Below are positions 10,321-20,644 of a stretch of DNA of 32,000 nucleotides, one piece after another. A model generated the notes under the pieces. That model did not search any database. It saw nothing but the letters and a program-made list of their open reading frames with translations, and was not told where the DNA came from. A program made the position numbers and the translations under genes. Source of the stretch: Halorhodospira halophila SL1 (GTDB taxonomy: Bacteria; Pseudomonadota; Gammaproteobacteria; Nitrococcales; Halorhodospiraceae). The stretch's first letter is position 1; every line of letters starts with the position of its first letter. The stretch spans positions 2,100,001 through 2,132,000 of the forward strand of contig NC_008789.1 of NCBI RefSeq assembly GCF_000015585.1, given 5' to 3'.

Positions 10321-10721
10321 ACGCCGCCCCCCGGGATCAACGCACCCGCCTGCAGCCCGAGCCAGGCGCCGGACAGAGTCAGCGCCAGGGTGGCGAAGAC
10401 GTTACCGACCGCCCGGGGCCAGCCCCCGGCCTGAACAAGGGTGAAGGTCTGCAGGGCGAAGGAGGAGACCGTGGTGTAACTGCCGCAGAAGCCGATCAGC
10501 AGCAGCCCCTCGAGCGTGGCCAGGCCACCTGTGGCCGCCAGCACCGCCGCCAGCAGGCCGGCCAGCAGCGCGCCGGAGGCGTTGACGACCAGCGTCCCCC
10601 AGGGGAAGGCCTCGCCCAGCCGCCGATTGACCAGCGCCGCCACCCAGAAGCGGGCGACACCCCCCAGGGCACTGCCCGCGGCCACCGCCAGGCCGCCTGC
10701 AAAACCAGCCATCATCGCCAT
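10317..10721 (-). CDS. crcB: Fluoride channel CrcB/FluC, copy 1 of a tandem pair
   Basis: 134 aa. [23 protein letters not shown] and [11 protein letters not shown]. Has a 4-nt ATGA overlap with the downstream crcB. Confidence 0.88.
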   Translation of the reverse strand: MAMMAGFAGGLAVAAGSALGGVARFWVAALVNRRLGEAFPWGTLVVNASGALLAGLLAAVLAATGGLATLEGLLLIGFCGSYTTVSSFALQTFTLVQAGGWPRAVGNVFATLALTLSGAWLGLQAGALIPGGGV

Positions 10722-10854
10722 GGGTCAGTTGGCCACCCGGGTGTACGCACCCACTTGTCGGACCTCTTTCACCGCTCGCTCCCCGTGAACCAAGCCCGGC
10801 TAGACTAGGGATTTCCGGTTCATCGGACAATGCTCGCAACCGCGCCTTGCGCGG

Positions 10855-12060
10855 TCAGCGGCGCACCTCCAGGCGGTCGCCGTCGCCGAGTTCCCGGGGC
10901 GGATGCACCACCACGGCCTCCCCGTCCTCCAGGCCGGAACGGAGGCGGGTCTGGCGGGCACCCCGCTCCCCGATCTCCACCGACCGCAGCCGCGCCCGCC
11001 CCTGCTCTGCGACCAGGACCGCCCAGCCGTCATCGTGGCGGAACAGGGCGCTGGTCGGCACCCGCAGCACGTCCTCCGCCGACCAGAGCACGAAGACGGC
11101 GTTGACCCGATAGCCGTCGCCGAGGCGCTCCCAGGCTTCCCGCGGCGATGCCAGATCGGCAATGACCCGCACCCGCCGCTCTTCCACGCCGAGGGCGGTA
11201 ATGTACTCGAAGCCGTAGGGCTCCACCCGGCGTACGACCGCCTCCAGGGGGGCCTCATCGCCCCAGCGCTCCAGCCGCACCGTCATCCCCGGCGTGATAC
11301 GCACCGCATCCGCCGAACGCACCTCCACCTCGACCTCCAGCCGCCCGAGATCGGCCATCTCCAGGATCGGCTCCCCGGGCTGCACCACCCGGGCGCTATC
11401 GAAGTGGCGCTTAAGGATCGCGCCATCGATCGGGGCGCGCAGACGGATCGGCTCGATGTCCCCGGGCGCCAGGGCGTCCTCCCCCTCCCAGCGCAGGACG
11501 GCCTCGGCCTGGTCGCGCTGCGCCTCGGCGGTGGCCACCCGGAACTGCGCCGAGCGCCACCCGGCCAAGGCCCGCCGTCGCTCGGCATCGGCACGCTCCA
11601 CCTCCCGCTCCGCGACCACTCCCTCCTCACCCAGAGCCGCCAGCCGACGGTACTCGTCGGCCGCCGACTCCGCTGCTGCCTGCGCCGCCTCGGCCTCCTC
11701 GCGGGCCGCCCCCAGCGCCGAGTGCGCCGCTTCGAGCTGGGCCCGGGCCTGATCCCGGGCACGGGCATCGAGCACCGGCACCGCCATCGGATCAAGGGTG
11801 GCGAGCACCTCCCCGGCCTCGACCCGGTCACCCGGTTCCAGGGTGATCCGGCGGGCCTGGGCCGCGGCCGGGGCCGAGAGGACGTACCGGTCCGCCACGC
11901 GGGTCTTGCCCTCCTCCTCGAGGGTGACCTCCAGGGGGCCACGGCTGACCGTCTCGGTATCGACGAGGATCGGCGCCGGCCGCAGCAGCAGGACGAGCAG
12001 CCCGAGGACCGCGAGACCGGTCAGTGCCCAGCCGATGATGGGCTTCCAGCGTGGATGCAT
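10855..12060 (-). CDS. HlyD/MacA-type periplasmic adaptor (membrane fusion protein) of an ABC efflux system
   Basis: MHPRWKPIIGWALTGLAVLGLLVLLL anchor, a lipoyl-like EAGEVLATLDP, and a long Ala/Glu/Arg coiled-coil segment. Start at the ATG at 12060, 2 nt after the permease stop. Confidence 0.8.
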   Translation of the reverse strand: MHPRWKPIIGWALTGLAVLGLLVLLLRPAPILVDTETVSRGPLEVTLEEEGKTRVADRYVLSAPAAAQARRITLEPGDRVEAGEVLATLDPMAVPVLDARARDQARAQLEAAHSALGAAREEAEAAQAAAESAADEYRRLAALGEEGVVAEREVERADAERRRALAGWRSAQFRVATAEAQRDQAEAVLRWEGEDALAPGDIEPIRLRAPIDGAILKRHFDSARVVQPGEPILEMADLGRLEVEVEVRSADAVRITPGMTVRLERWGDEAPLEAVVRRVEPYGFEYITALGVEERRVRVIADLASPREAWERLGDGYRVNAVFVLWSAEDVLRVPTSALFRHDDGWAVLVAEQGRARLRSVEIGERGARQTRLRSGLEDGEAVVVHPPRELGDGDRLEVRR

Positions 12061-12062
12061 CG

Positions 12063-14426
12063 CTACTCCCTCGATTTCAGGGCCTCGACCATGTCCAGCC
12101 GGTCCAGCCGGCGCCGCACCACCCACGCCGAGAGGCCGGCAACGGCGAGGATCACCAGGGTCGCCAGGGCCATGCCCGCCGGCGACGGGATCATGGGGAC
12201 CCGATAGAGCTCCGACTCCGCCGCCTGGACGATGATGGCGTAAAGGTAGTGGCCGATGACGAACCCCACCGGCAGGGCAGCGGCGATCAGCAAAGCCTGC
12301 TCGCCGAGCAGCAGGTAGGCGATCTCGCGGCGGGTGAAACCGAGCACCCGCAGGCTGGCCAGCTCCCGGGAGCGCTCCGCCAGCGCGATCCGCGCATTGT
12401 TATAGACCACCCCGAAGGCGATGGCTCCGGCAAGCAGCGTGGTCATCGCCGCGGTGACCATCATGGTCCCGGCCACATTCTCCTCGAAGTTGCGCATGGC
12501 GGCGTCGGCCTCGGTCGCCCCGGCGACCCGCGGACGGCGGTCGAGCTCGCGCAGCAACGCCCCGCGCTCCGGCCCGGCGAGGCCCAGCCAGGCGCCGGAG
12601 ATGGCGTCGCCGTCGCCGAGCAGCCGGTTCAGGGCATCCAGATCCATGTAAACGGACACCCCCAGGTACTCGGCGATCACCCCGCTGACCGGCACCTCCA
12701 GGGTCTGCCGCCGGCCCTCAAGCACCCGGATCTCCAACGTATCGCCGGGTCCGACCTGAAGCTGATCGGCCAGATAGTCGGTGAGCACCACCCCTTCCTC
12801 GGGCAGCGGCACCGTGCGCAGGTCGGTATCCAGCAGGCGGCGCAGGTCCGCACCGGGCTCCAGGCCGAGCACCGCCATCCGGTGACGACGATGGCCGAAG
12901 GCGACCTCTGCCGCCACCTGCCGGAACGGTTCGGCGCGGTCCACCCCCGGCAGACCGGCGAGCTCGTGCAACGCCTTGCGCGATGTCGGCTCGTAGAAGG
13001 AGACGGTCACGTCATCCCGCTGCACCAGGTTGAACTGGACGTCGATCATGGTATTGAGGGCGTTGCGCTGGTAGGGGCCGATCATCAGCACCGCTACCGC
13101 CAGGGCGATCCCCAGGGTCGCCAGCACCGCCCGCAGCGGACGCCGCTCGATGCCGCGCAGGATCATCCGCGTGGGCTGGCTGAACCAGCGCTGCAGACCG
13201 AGGCGCTCGACCACCGTAGGCCGGTAAGTCGGGGGTGGCTCCGGGCGCATCGCCTCCGCGGGTGGCAGTCGGGCGGCGCGGCGGACCGCCATCCAGGTCC
13301 CCAGCAGCGCCGAGGCCGCGGTCACCCCGGCGGCGATGGCCACCACCGGCAACTGCAGCCGGAACTCGAGGAATGGGAAGCGGAAGAATTCGGCGTAGAG
13401 CTCGGCCAGGTGCCCCCCCAGCCAATACCCGACGGCCACACCGACGGCCACGCCGAGGCCGACGATGAGCAGCACCAGCCGCATGTAGTGCGTAGCGATG
13501 GCCAGGCGCGAGTAGCCGAAGGCCTTCAGGGTGCCGATGATCTCGCGCTGGGTGGCGATCAGGCGACCGACCACGACATTGAGCAGGAAGGCCGCCACAC
13601 CGAGGAAGATCGCCGGGAGCACATAGGCGAGGTTGGCGAGCTGCGTCAGCTCATCCTCCAGCAGTGCGTGGGAGAGCTGATCCGCCCGGCCGTAGGCACC
13701 GCGCCCGCCCCAGGGCTCGAGCAGACGGTCCACGGCGTCGATCACGTCACCCGGCCGGGCTCCGTGCTGCAGCGTGAGCAACAGGTCGTTGAAGGCGCCG
13801 TCCATGTCGTAGGCGGCGGCCAGGGCCCGGCGATTCATCCACAGGATGCCGTAGCGCTCATAGTCCGGGAGGATCTCCCCCGGCCGGATCTGGTAGATGA
13901 ACTCCGGCGAGACCGCGACACCGACCACCTCCAGGCGCTGGTAACGGCCGCGGACGACCGCCGCCAGCCCGTCACCGGGGCGCAGCCCGTGGGCCTCGGC
14001 GAAGGCATCGCTGACCACCGCCTCCTGCTCCCGACCGGGCTCCGGCAGCCGACCGTGGCGCAGGTGGAGGCGGTTCATGTCCGGCTGCCGACCCTCGGGC
14101 AGGGAGAGGATGCGCCCGGTCACCGGGTTGTCGTAGCCGGGGACGTCCAGGTTGGCCGCCGCGACCACGCGGTCCTCGACCCGCTGGACGCCGTCGATGC
14201 CCCCGATCTCCTCCACCAGACCCCGCGGCGCCCGTTCGGCGGCGGCGAAGAGATCGGCGAAGCGGTACTCCTGATAGAAGGCGTCGCGGGTGTCGGTCAG
14301 GGCGAAGAGCGCGGTGAGAAACATCATCAGCGTCGCCACCCCGCCGGCGATGACCACCGCGATGGCGATCACCTGGCCGCGCATGAGCCCCAGTTCGCGC
14401 AGCAGCTTGCGGGTCAGCGCGGTCAC
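12063..14426 (-). CDS. ABC transporter permease with duplicated FtsX-like domains (YbbP/MacB-permease-like)
   Basis: 787 aa with two blocks of 4 TM segments, each preceded by a large extracytoplasmic domain. The GTG start overlaps the ATPase stop (GTGA). Confidence 0.8.
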   Translation of the reverse strand: MTALTRKLLRELGLMRGQVIAIAVVIAGGVATLMMFLTALFALTDTRDAFYQEYRFADLFAAAERAPRGLVEEIGGIDGVQRVEDRVVAAANLDVPGYDNPVTGRILSLPEGRQPDMNRLHLRHGRLPEPGREQEAVVSDAFAEAHGLRPGDGLAAVVRGRYQRLEVVGVAVSPEFIYQIRPGEILPDYERYGILWMNRRALAAAYDMDGAFNDLLLTLQHGARPGDVIDAVDRLLEPWGGRGAYGRADQLSHALLEDELTQLANLAYVLPAIFLGVAAFLLNVVVGRLIATQREIIGTLKAFGYSRLAIATHYMRLVLLIVGLGVAVGVAVGYWLGGHLAELYAEFFRFPFLEFRLQLPVVAIAAGVTAASALLGTWMAVRRAARLPPAEAMRPEPPPTYRPTVVERLGLQRWFSQPTRMILRGIERRPLRAVLATLGIALAVAVLMIGPYQRNALNTMIDVQFNLVQRDDVTVSFYEPTSRKALHELAGLPGVDRAEPFRQVAAEVAFGHRRHRMAVLGLEPGADLRRLLDTDLRTVPLPEEGVVLTDYLADQLQVGPGDTLEIRVLEGRRQTLEVPVSGVIAEYLGVSVYMDLDALNRLLGDGDAISGAWLGLAGPERGALLRELDRRPRVAGATEADAAMRNFEENVAGTMMVTAAMTTLLAGAIAFGVVYNNARIALAERSRELASLRVLGFTRREIAYLLLGEQALLIAAALPVGFVIGHYLYAIIVQAAESELYRVPMIPSPAGMALATLVILAVAGLSAWVVRRRLDRLDMVEALKSRE

Positions 14427-15133
14427 CAGGAGAGCTCCGCCGCCCGACGCCGCTGATCGTTGGTGCGCACCGAGTCGATCAGGCCGTCCTTGAAGTCCAC
14501 CACCCGGTGAGCCATGGCGGCGATATCCGCGTTGTGGGTGATCAGCGCGGTGGTGGTGCCCAACTCCGCGTTGATGCGCTCGAGGACCTCCAGCACGGTC
14601 ACACCGGTCTTCGAGTCGAGGGCACCGGTGGGCTCATCACAGAGCAGGACCTGCGGGCGCTTGGCCACGGCGCGGGCGATGGCCACCCGCTGCTGCTCGC
14701 CCCCGGAGAGCTGGGAGGGAAAGTGATCCAGGCGGGCACCGAGGCCAACCAGCTCGAGTGCCTCCTCCGGGCGCATGGGGTCGCGGGCGATCTCGGTGAC
14801 AATGGCCACGTTCTCGCGCGCCGTGAGGCTCGGGATCAGGTTGTAGAACTGGAAGACAAAGCCGACGAAGTGGCGGCGGAACGCCGTCAGCTCCGCCTCC
14901 CCGGCTCGGGTGAGATCGCGCCCCTGGACGATGACCCGACCACTGGTGGGCGTATCGAGCCCACCGAGGATGTTCAGCAGCGTCGACTTGCCACTGCCCG
15001 ACGGCCCAAGGAGCACCACCAGCTCCCCGGCGTAGAGGACCAGATCCACCCCGCGCAGGGCGTGCACCGCCACCTCGCCCATGCGGTAGACCTTGGTAAT
15101 GCCCTCGGCACGGAAGACTTCTTGGGGGGACAC
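14423..15133 (-). CDS. ABC transporter ATP-binding protein (MacB/LolD-like)
   Basis: [25 protein letters not shown], Walker [10 protein letters not shown], signature [14 protein letters not shown], Walker [13 protein letters not shown]. The GTG at 15133 has a GAGGG SD. The TTG at 15163 in the track has none. Confidence 0.88.
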   Translation of the reverse strand: MSPQEVFRAEGITKVYRMGEVAVHALRGVDLVLYAGELVVLLGPSGSGKSTLLNILGGLDTPTSGRVIVQGRDLTRAGEAELTAFRRHFVGFVFQFYNLIPSLTARENVAIVTEIARDPMRPEEALELVGLGARLDHFPSQLSGGEQQRVAIARAVAKRPQVLLCDEPTGALDSKTGVTVLEVLERINAELGTTTALITHNADIAAMAHRVVDFKDGLIDSVRTNDQRRRAAELSW

Positions 15134-15234
15134 CAACCCGGGGCCCTCGCAACGGCGCAGCAACGGTTAGTGTCCAGTCTAGGCCGCTGACGCGGACACC
15201 ACCGCCCCCGGGGCGAGAGACCTCGCCGGTGCTT

Positions 15235-15951
15235 TTAACCCTCCGGCCCGCCGCTGGCGCCTCGCCGACGCAGCCGCGCCGCGGCGAGGCTGGAGAGCAG
15301 GGGCAGCGCGCCCAACGCCACCAGCGAGGCGATCATCCCAGTGCTCATCAGCTCCGCCGGGGTGTGGACCGCCTCCAGATGCGCCCCGGCGTTGGTGAGG
15401 ATGGTCACGCCAGGGAGCATGCCCAGCAGGCTCACCCAGAAGTAGGTCCGCGCCGGCATCCGGGTCAGCGCAAAGAGCGCGTTGATCAGGAAAGTGGGGA
15501 ACGGCTCGGCGATGCGCAGCAGGAACAGCGCACTCGGCCCGTGATCGGCACAGTGCCGGTCCACACGCTGCAGGGCGTCCGGGAACCGGCGGCGCACCGC
15601 ATCGTGGAGGGCGTAGCGGGTGAGCAGGAAGATCGCCAGCGCGCCGGTGCTCACCGCCACCAGGACCAGCGCCAGCCCCGCCCAGAACCCGAACATGACC
15701 CCGCCGGCAACGGTCAGCACCCCGCTGCCGGGCACCGAGACCACCGAGAAGAAAAAACGCAGGGCCAGGAAGGCGAGCGCCGCCTGCACCGGCTGCGACT
15801 CGGCCAGCTGCCGGAGCTGCTGCAGCTGGCCGTGCACCCAGGCCCACTCGGGGGCACTCCCGGCCCACAGGGCCCCGAGCAGCGCCACCAACAGCATCGC
15901 CAGAGCGGCGCGGGCGCCGAGGGTGGTCCAACGCAGGGTCGTTCCGTTCAC
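15235..15951 (-). CDS. TVP38/TMEM64 (DedA-superfamily, SNARE-associated) membrane protein
   Basis: 238 aa, multi-TM. VPGSGVLTVAGGVMFGFWAGL is typical of the family. The ATG overlaps the upstream stop by 4 nt (ATGA). Confidence 0.75.
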   Translation of the reverse strand: MNGTTLRWTTLGARAALAMLLVALLGALWAGSAPEWAWVHGQLQQLRQLAESQPVQAALAFLALRFFFSVVSVPGSGVLTVAGGVMFGFWAGLALVLVAVSTGALAIFLLTRYALHDAVRRRFPDALQRVDRHCADHGPSALFLLRIAEPFPTFLINALFALTRMPARTYFWVSLLGMLPGVTILTNAGAHLEAVHTPAELMSTGMIASLVALGALPLLSSLAAARLRRRGASGGPEG

Positions 15952-16513
15952 AGGTTCACCGGTGCCGGGTGGAGAAAGAGCTCGGTGCGATCGAAGGTCG
16001 GCATCCGGTGCCGGCAGCTACCCGCCACCGACTCGCCGACCAGCGGGCCCCCGTACTGACCCTCCAGGCCGGGCCGGGGCAGACGAAAGAGCACGCGCGC
16101 CGGCGCACGCTGGCGGCGGATATTGGCAAGGATCGGACCGCGCGGACAAGCCTGCAGAGCGATCAGGGCCACATCGATCTCCGGCAGGGGGTCGGCCGCC
16201 GCATCGGCACACACGACACGGACCCGGCCGGGCCCCGCCCCCGCCATCCCGAGATGGGCCACAACCGCCTGAGCCCCGGCGACCGCCGCGGCCGAACGGT
16301 CCACGGCGGTGACCCGGGCACCACTCAGTCGCGCGGCCAGCACTGCGGTGAACGGCAGGGCCCCGCAACCGACATGCAGGAGCCGCTCCCCCGGCACCAC
16401 CCCAGCCAGCCGCAGTTCCCGGGCCACCAACCGGCGGTACGGCAGGGCGTAGAGGTGGAACAGGAGCGGCCACCGGGCACTCCAGCGTTCCAGCCTGGCC
16501 ACGCAGGGGGCGA

Positions 16514-16523
<10 letters not shown>
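15948..16523 (-). CDS. Small class-I SAM-binding-fold protein with nicotianamine-synthase-like motifs
   Basis: YALPYRRLVARELRL...RLLHVGCGALPFTAVLAARL...VTAVDRS...VVCADA...IDVALIALQA. Start is the GTG at 16523 or the TTG at 16517 (TTGA overlap with the btuD stop). The 244-aa form in the track would overlap btuD by about 170 nt. Confidence 0.6.
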
Positions 16524-17290
<767 letters not shown>

Positions 17291-17298
17291 GACGCGAC

Positions 17299-18360
17299 CT
17301 ACCGACTCCGGTGCAGCAGATAGAGGAACAGCGGGACGCCGAGCATCGCCGTGATCACGCCCACCGGCAACTGCTCCGGGGCGATCAGGGTGCGCGCGAA
17401 GACGTCCGCCAGCGCCAACAGCGCGCCGCCGGCCAACGCCGCGGCGGGCAGGATCAGCCGCTGGTCGTTGCCCAGTACCAGGCGGAGCATGTGCGGCACC
17501 ACCAGACCGACAAACCCGATGCTCCCCGCGGTGGTCACCGCCACCGCGGTCAGCACGCTCGCCGCCACGTAGACCCCCCACTCCAGGGGCCTCACGGCCA
17601 CACCGAGGGCCGCCGCCTGGAGCGGCCCGCGGGCGAGGACGTTGAGGCTGCGCCCCAGGGGGACCGCCACCGCCACGGCCACCGCCAGCGCCGCCAGGGC
17701 CAGCCACGGGCTGCGCGCGTAGGCCAGATCCCCCATGAGCCAGTAGAGCATCCCGGGCAGCTGCTCGGTGGGGCCGACGGCGAGCATGAAGGTCACCAGC
17801 GCCCCCCAGCCGGAGGCCACCACCACCCCGGTGAGCAGCAGCCGGGTCGGCGTCCAGCTGCCGGTGCCGTGGGCCAGGCCGAAGACCAGCAGGGTTGAGA
17901 AGAGCGCCCCGACAAAGGCGGCCCCGGAGACCAGCGCCATCCCCAGGCCGGCGAGCATCGCCGCCAGGGCCCCCACGGCGGCACCGCCGGAGAGCCCCAG
18001 CACATAGGGATCGGCGAGCGGATTGCGCAGCAGCACCTGCATCAGCGCCCCGGCCACCGCCAGCAGGCCGCCGACGGCGAAGGCGGCCAGTGCACGGGGG
18101 AGGCGCAGCTCGAGGACCAGGGTGCGGTGCAGGGGCTCCCCGCCACCGGTGAAGACCGCCAGCACCTCCCCCGGGGTCAGCGGCACGCTGCCGATAGCCA
18201 CCGCAGTGGCCACCGCCAGCAGCGCCGCCCCGGCCAGCACGGCCAGCGGCACCAGGAAGCGCACCGGCGACCCGATGCGACTCGGCTGGGCCAAAGCGCC
18301 GCCCTCCTCACTCACCGCGCCGGCGCGCGCCCGCTGATCGGCTGTGCGCTCAACCCCCAT
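17299..18360 (-). CDS. btuC: FecCD/BtuC-family ABC importer permease
   Basis: 353 aa. LRLPRALAAFAVGGLLAVAGALMQVLLRNPLADPYVLGLSGGAAVGA is typical of the family. The start overlaps the btuF stop by 1 nt (TGATG). Confidence 0.85.
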   Translation of the reverse strand: MGVERTADQRARAGAVSEEGGALAQPSRIGSPVRFLVPLAVLAGAALLAVATAVAIGSVPLTPGEVLAVFTGGGEPLHRTLVLELRLPRALAAFAVGGLLAVAGALMQVLLRNPLADPYVLGLSGGAAVGALAAMLAGLGMALVSGAAFVGALFSTLLVFGLAHGTGSWTPTRLLLTGVVVASGWGALVTFMLAVGPTEQLPGMLYWLMGDLAYARSPWLALAALAVAVAVAVPLGRSLNVLARGPLQAAALGVAVRPLEWGVYVAASVLTAVAVTTAGSIGFVGLVVPHMLRLVLGNDQRLILPAAALAGGALLALADVFARTLIAPEQLPVGVITAMLGVPLFLYLLHRSR

Positions 18361-19247
18361 CAGCGATTGCGCCGGGCCTGCTGGAGCTTGTCACACAGCA
18401 CCCGCGTCCCCTCCAGGATGCGTGGCGTCGGGCGCTGGATCGTGGACGGCTCGACAAAAAAGAGGTTGTCCTTGGCGGTGGCCTCGAGGATGTCATAGCG
18501 CCGCCACTCCTCCAGCCACGAGTCATCCGCCTCGCCCATGCCGCCGGCGACGATCGCCTCCGGGTCGGCCGCAAGGATGGACTCGGTGTCCAGCCGCGGG
18601 GTCAGGCTGTCGAGATCACCGAAGACGTTCTCGCCGCCGCAGATGCGGATCGACTCGCTGATGATCTGCTCGTCGTTGACGGTCATCACCGGGTCCGGCC
18701 AGATCTGGTAGAAGACCCGCACCGGATCGCGGTCGGCGTACTCGGCCTCCAGCTCGTCCCGCGCATCGCGGAAGCGGGCGGCCTCGGCGTCGGCCTCGTC
18801 TTCAGTGCCGGCCAGGGTACCCAGACGCTCCAGGGAGGTGGCGATCTCGTCGAGGACCTTCGGATCGCTGCGGTAGAGCGGCAGGCCCAGCGCCTCGATC
18901 CGCTCCAGCTGGCTGCTGGAGTTGCCGCTGGTCCAGCCCACCACCAGATCCGGATCCTTCGCGAGGATCGACTCCATATCGAGCCGGTCGTAGGTGCCGA
19001 CCCGGGGCAGTTCCTCCGCCGCCTCCGGATAATCCGCGTGACTGACCGCGGCCACCACATGGTCCCCGGCGCCGGCGGCGAAGAGCAGTTCCGTCGCCCC
19101 GGGCGAGAGGGCCACAATCCGCTCCGCCGGGGCCTCCAGGCAGACCTCGCGGCCGGCGTCGTCCTCCACGCAGCGTTCACCAGCATGCACCGGCGACCAC
19201 GCCGCCAGCAGCACCAGAAATCCGGCTGCGATGCCCCCTAGCGCGGT
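18360..19247 (-). CDS. btuF: Periplasmic cobalamin-binding protein BtuF (start codon unresolved)
   Basis: RIVALSPGATELLFAAG...DYPEAA...DPDLVVGW...RVFYQIW...ICGGENVF...RPTPRILEG aligns by eye along E. coli BtuF. A signal-peptide-like ARTALGGIAAGFLVLLAAWSPVHA precedes it. The first roughly 290 aa of the 582-aa ORF in the track are a shadow over Uma2 and pduO. Confidence 0.8.
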   Translation of the reverse strand, partial: TALGGIAAGFLVLLAAWSPVHAGERCVEDDAGREVCLEAPAERIVALSPGATELLFAAGAGDHVVAAVSHADYPEAAEELPRVGTYDRLDMESILAKDPDLVVGWTSGNSSSQLERIEALGLPLYRSDPKVLDEIATSLERLGTLAGTEDEADAEAARFRDARDELEAEYADRDPVRVFYQIWPDPVMTVNDEQIISESIRICGGENVFGDLDSLTPRLDTESILAADPEAIVAGGMGEADDSWLEEWRRYDILEATAKDNLFFVEPSTIQRPTPRILEGTRVLCDKLQQARRNR

Positions 19248-19840
19248 TCGGGCCCCGGCGGGGCGTCCTCGAAGACCTCGGCCCCGATGAGCCGGGCCTC
19301 CAGGCTGGCCAGCACCACTTCTTCGTGGGCCTCGTGCGGGTACAACACCCAGTGGCCCTGACCGTCCGCCCGGTAGAGCTCCAGGCTCCCGATCTCCGGG
19401 TCGATGAGGAGATACTCCCGGAGCGAAGGGAGTTTGCGGTAGGCGGCAAACTTGGCACCCCGGTCGTACGCCGCCGTGGAGGGGGACAGCACCTCCACCA
19501 CGAGGCACGGCGCCTCCTTGTGCTGGGACCGCTGATGATCGGCCGGATCGCAGGTCACCAGCACATCCGGGTAGAAGAAGGCGTCGGCAGCCGCCACCCG
19601 CACCTTCATGTCGGCCATGTACGTACGGCAGCCACCCCCGCGCAGCTGCTGGCGCAGCGCGCTGGCCACGTTCAGCGTCACGGTCACGTGGCGGTCCGAG
19701 GCCCCGCCCATGGCGAAGATCTCCCCCGCCACGAACTCGTGCTTGAGGGGTTGCTCCGCCTCCCAGGCGAGGTACGCCTCGGCGGTCATCCCGGCGGGCT
19801 GCGGATCGGCCATGGCTGGAACCTCGGGATACACAGTCAT
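19238..19840 (-). CDS. Uma2-family (DUF820) restriction-endonuclease-fold protein
   Basis: 200 aa. AEAYLAWEAEQPLKHEFVAGEIFAMGGAS..HVTV..N, FFYPDVLVTC and PCLVVEVLSPST...DRGAKFAAYRKLPSLREYLLID match the Uma2 pattern (D...EVxS...K core). The alternative ATG at 19813 has a GAGG SD. Confidence 0.8.
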   Translation of the reverse strand: MTVYPEVPAMADPQPAGMTAEAYLAWEAEQPLKHEFVAGEIFAMGGASDRHVTVTLNVASALRQQLRGGGCRTYMADMKVRVAAADAFFYPDVLVTCDPADHQRSQHKEAPCLVVEVLSPSTAAYDRGAKFAAYRKLPSLREYLLIDPEIGSLELYRADGQGHWVLYPHEAHEEVVLASLEARLIGAEVFEDAPPGPEPR

Positions 19841-19971
19841 CGTCAGTGTAGCAGCGCTGCCCCGCCTTCCCGATCCTCTTCAGCCGGCAGAGCCGAACCA
19901 CAGGCCGGCACACCACACACCCTGCTGTCATGACCCGCTTCCCCCCTGCCGCCGAGAAGCTGATCGTCACG

Positions 19972-20541
19972 CTAAGCGCCCTCATCCGCCGCCCGCTGAC
20001 CCGCCGGACGCCAGAGCACCTCGCCGCCGTTCTCGTAGCGGGAGAGAACCCGGGCAACGACGAAGAGCAGGTCGGAGAGGCGGTTGAGGTAGGCCATAGA
20101 CTCGTCACGCACCGCCTCGTGATGGCTCAGGGCCACCAGCTTGCGCTCGGCCCGGCGACAGACCGCCCGGGCGATATGGCAGTCCGCCGTGGCCTTGCCG
20201 CCACCGGGGAGGATGAACTCCTTGAGGTGCGGCAGGGAATCGTTGAAGTACGCCAGCGCCCCATCCAGCCGTTCCACGGCCTCGAGGGGCAGCGCCGAGT
20301 GACCGGGCACAGCCAACTCGGCGCCCAGGTCGAAGAGCTCGTTCTGGACCTGGGCCAGCACCGGCGCCACGTCTTCTGGCAACTCATGGGCCAGTAAGCG
20401 GCCCATGAAGCTGTTCAGCTCATCCACCTCGCCGAAGGCCTCGACCCGGTGGCTGTCCTTGTCCACCCGCGAACCGTCGCCGAGGCCGGTCCGGCCCTCG
20501 TCCCCGGTGCGGGTGGCGATCTTTGATAGACGGTTTCCCAT
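19972..20541 (-). CDS. pduO: ATP:cob(I)alamin adenosyltransferase, PduO/MMAB type
   Basis: MGNRLSKIATRTGDEGRTGLGDGSRVDKDSHRVEAFGEVDELNSFMG...LPGG...AVCRRAER...YLNRLSDLLFV. The ATG at 20541 has a GGAGGAA SD. Confidence 0.88.
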   Translation of the reverse strand: MGNRLSKIATRTGDEGRTGLGDGSRVDKDSHRVEAFGEVDELNSFMGRLLAHELPEDVAPVLAQVQNELFDLGAELAVPGHSALPLEAVERLDGALAYFNDSLPHLKEFILPGGGKATADCHIARAVCRRAERKLVALSHHEAVRDESMAYLNRLSDLLFVVARVLSRYENGGEVLWRPAGQRAADEGA

Positions 20542-20644
20542 GGTTCCTCCGTGCTCCGGTCTTGATCCATTTCCTGCCCGAGGCGGCGGCTGAAGATGCC
20601 GGCTCTCCAGCCGCGCGCTGAGCACTGCTCCAACTGCCTACCTG

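Noticed and set aside
10903-14456. 434-aa (10903-12207) and 801-aa (12051-14456) plus-strand ORFs
   Set aside because: They are antisense to the HlyD-type adaptor and FtsX permease, which have clear family features. Their translations are His/Arg/Gly/Pro/Gln-rich with no motifs.
15200-15234. GGCGAG-agacc-TCGCC hairpin just after the DedA stop as a terminator of the B12 operon
   Set aside because: The stem is short and there is no U-tract on the minus strand. It may still mark the operon end, but the sequence alone does not support calling it a terminator.
15179-16059. 250-aa minus-strand and 276-aa plus-strand ORFs overlapping the TVP38/DedA gene
   Set aside because: They are off-frame or antisense with Arg/Gly/Pro-rich composition. 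The 15235-15951 frame gives a coherent multi-TM protein coupled to the upstream gene.
19248-20108. N-terminal roughly 290 aa of the 582-aa ORF at 18360-20108
   Set aside because: This part overlaps the Uma2 and PduO genes in other frames and is Arg/Gly/Pro-rich junk. Only the C-terminal roughly 290 aa resemble BtuF. The unresolved true start is reported as a finding.
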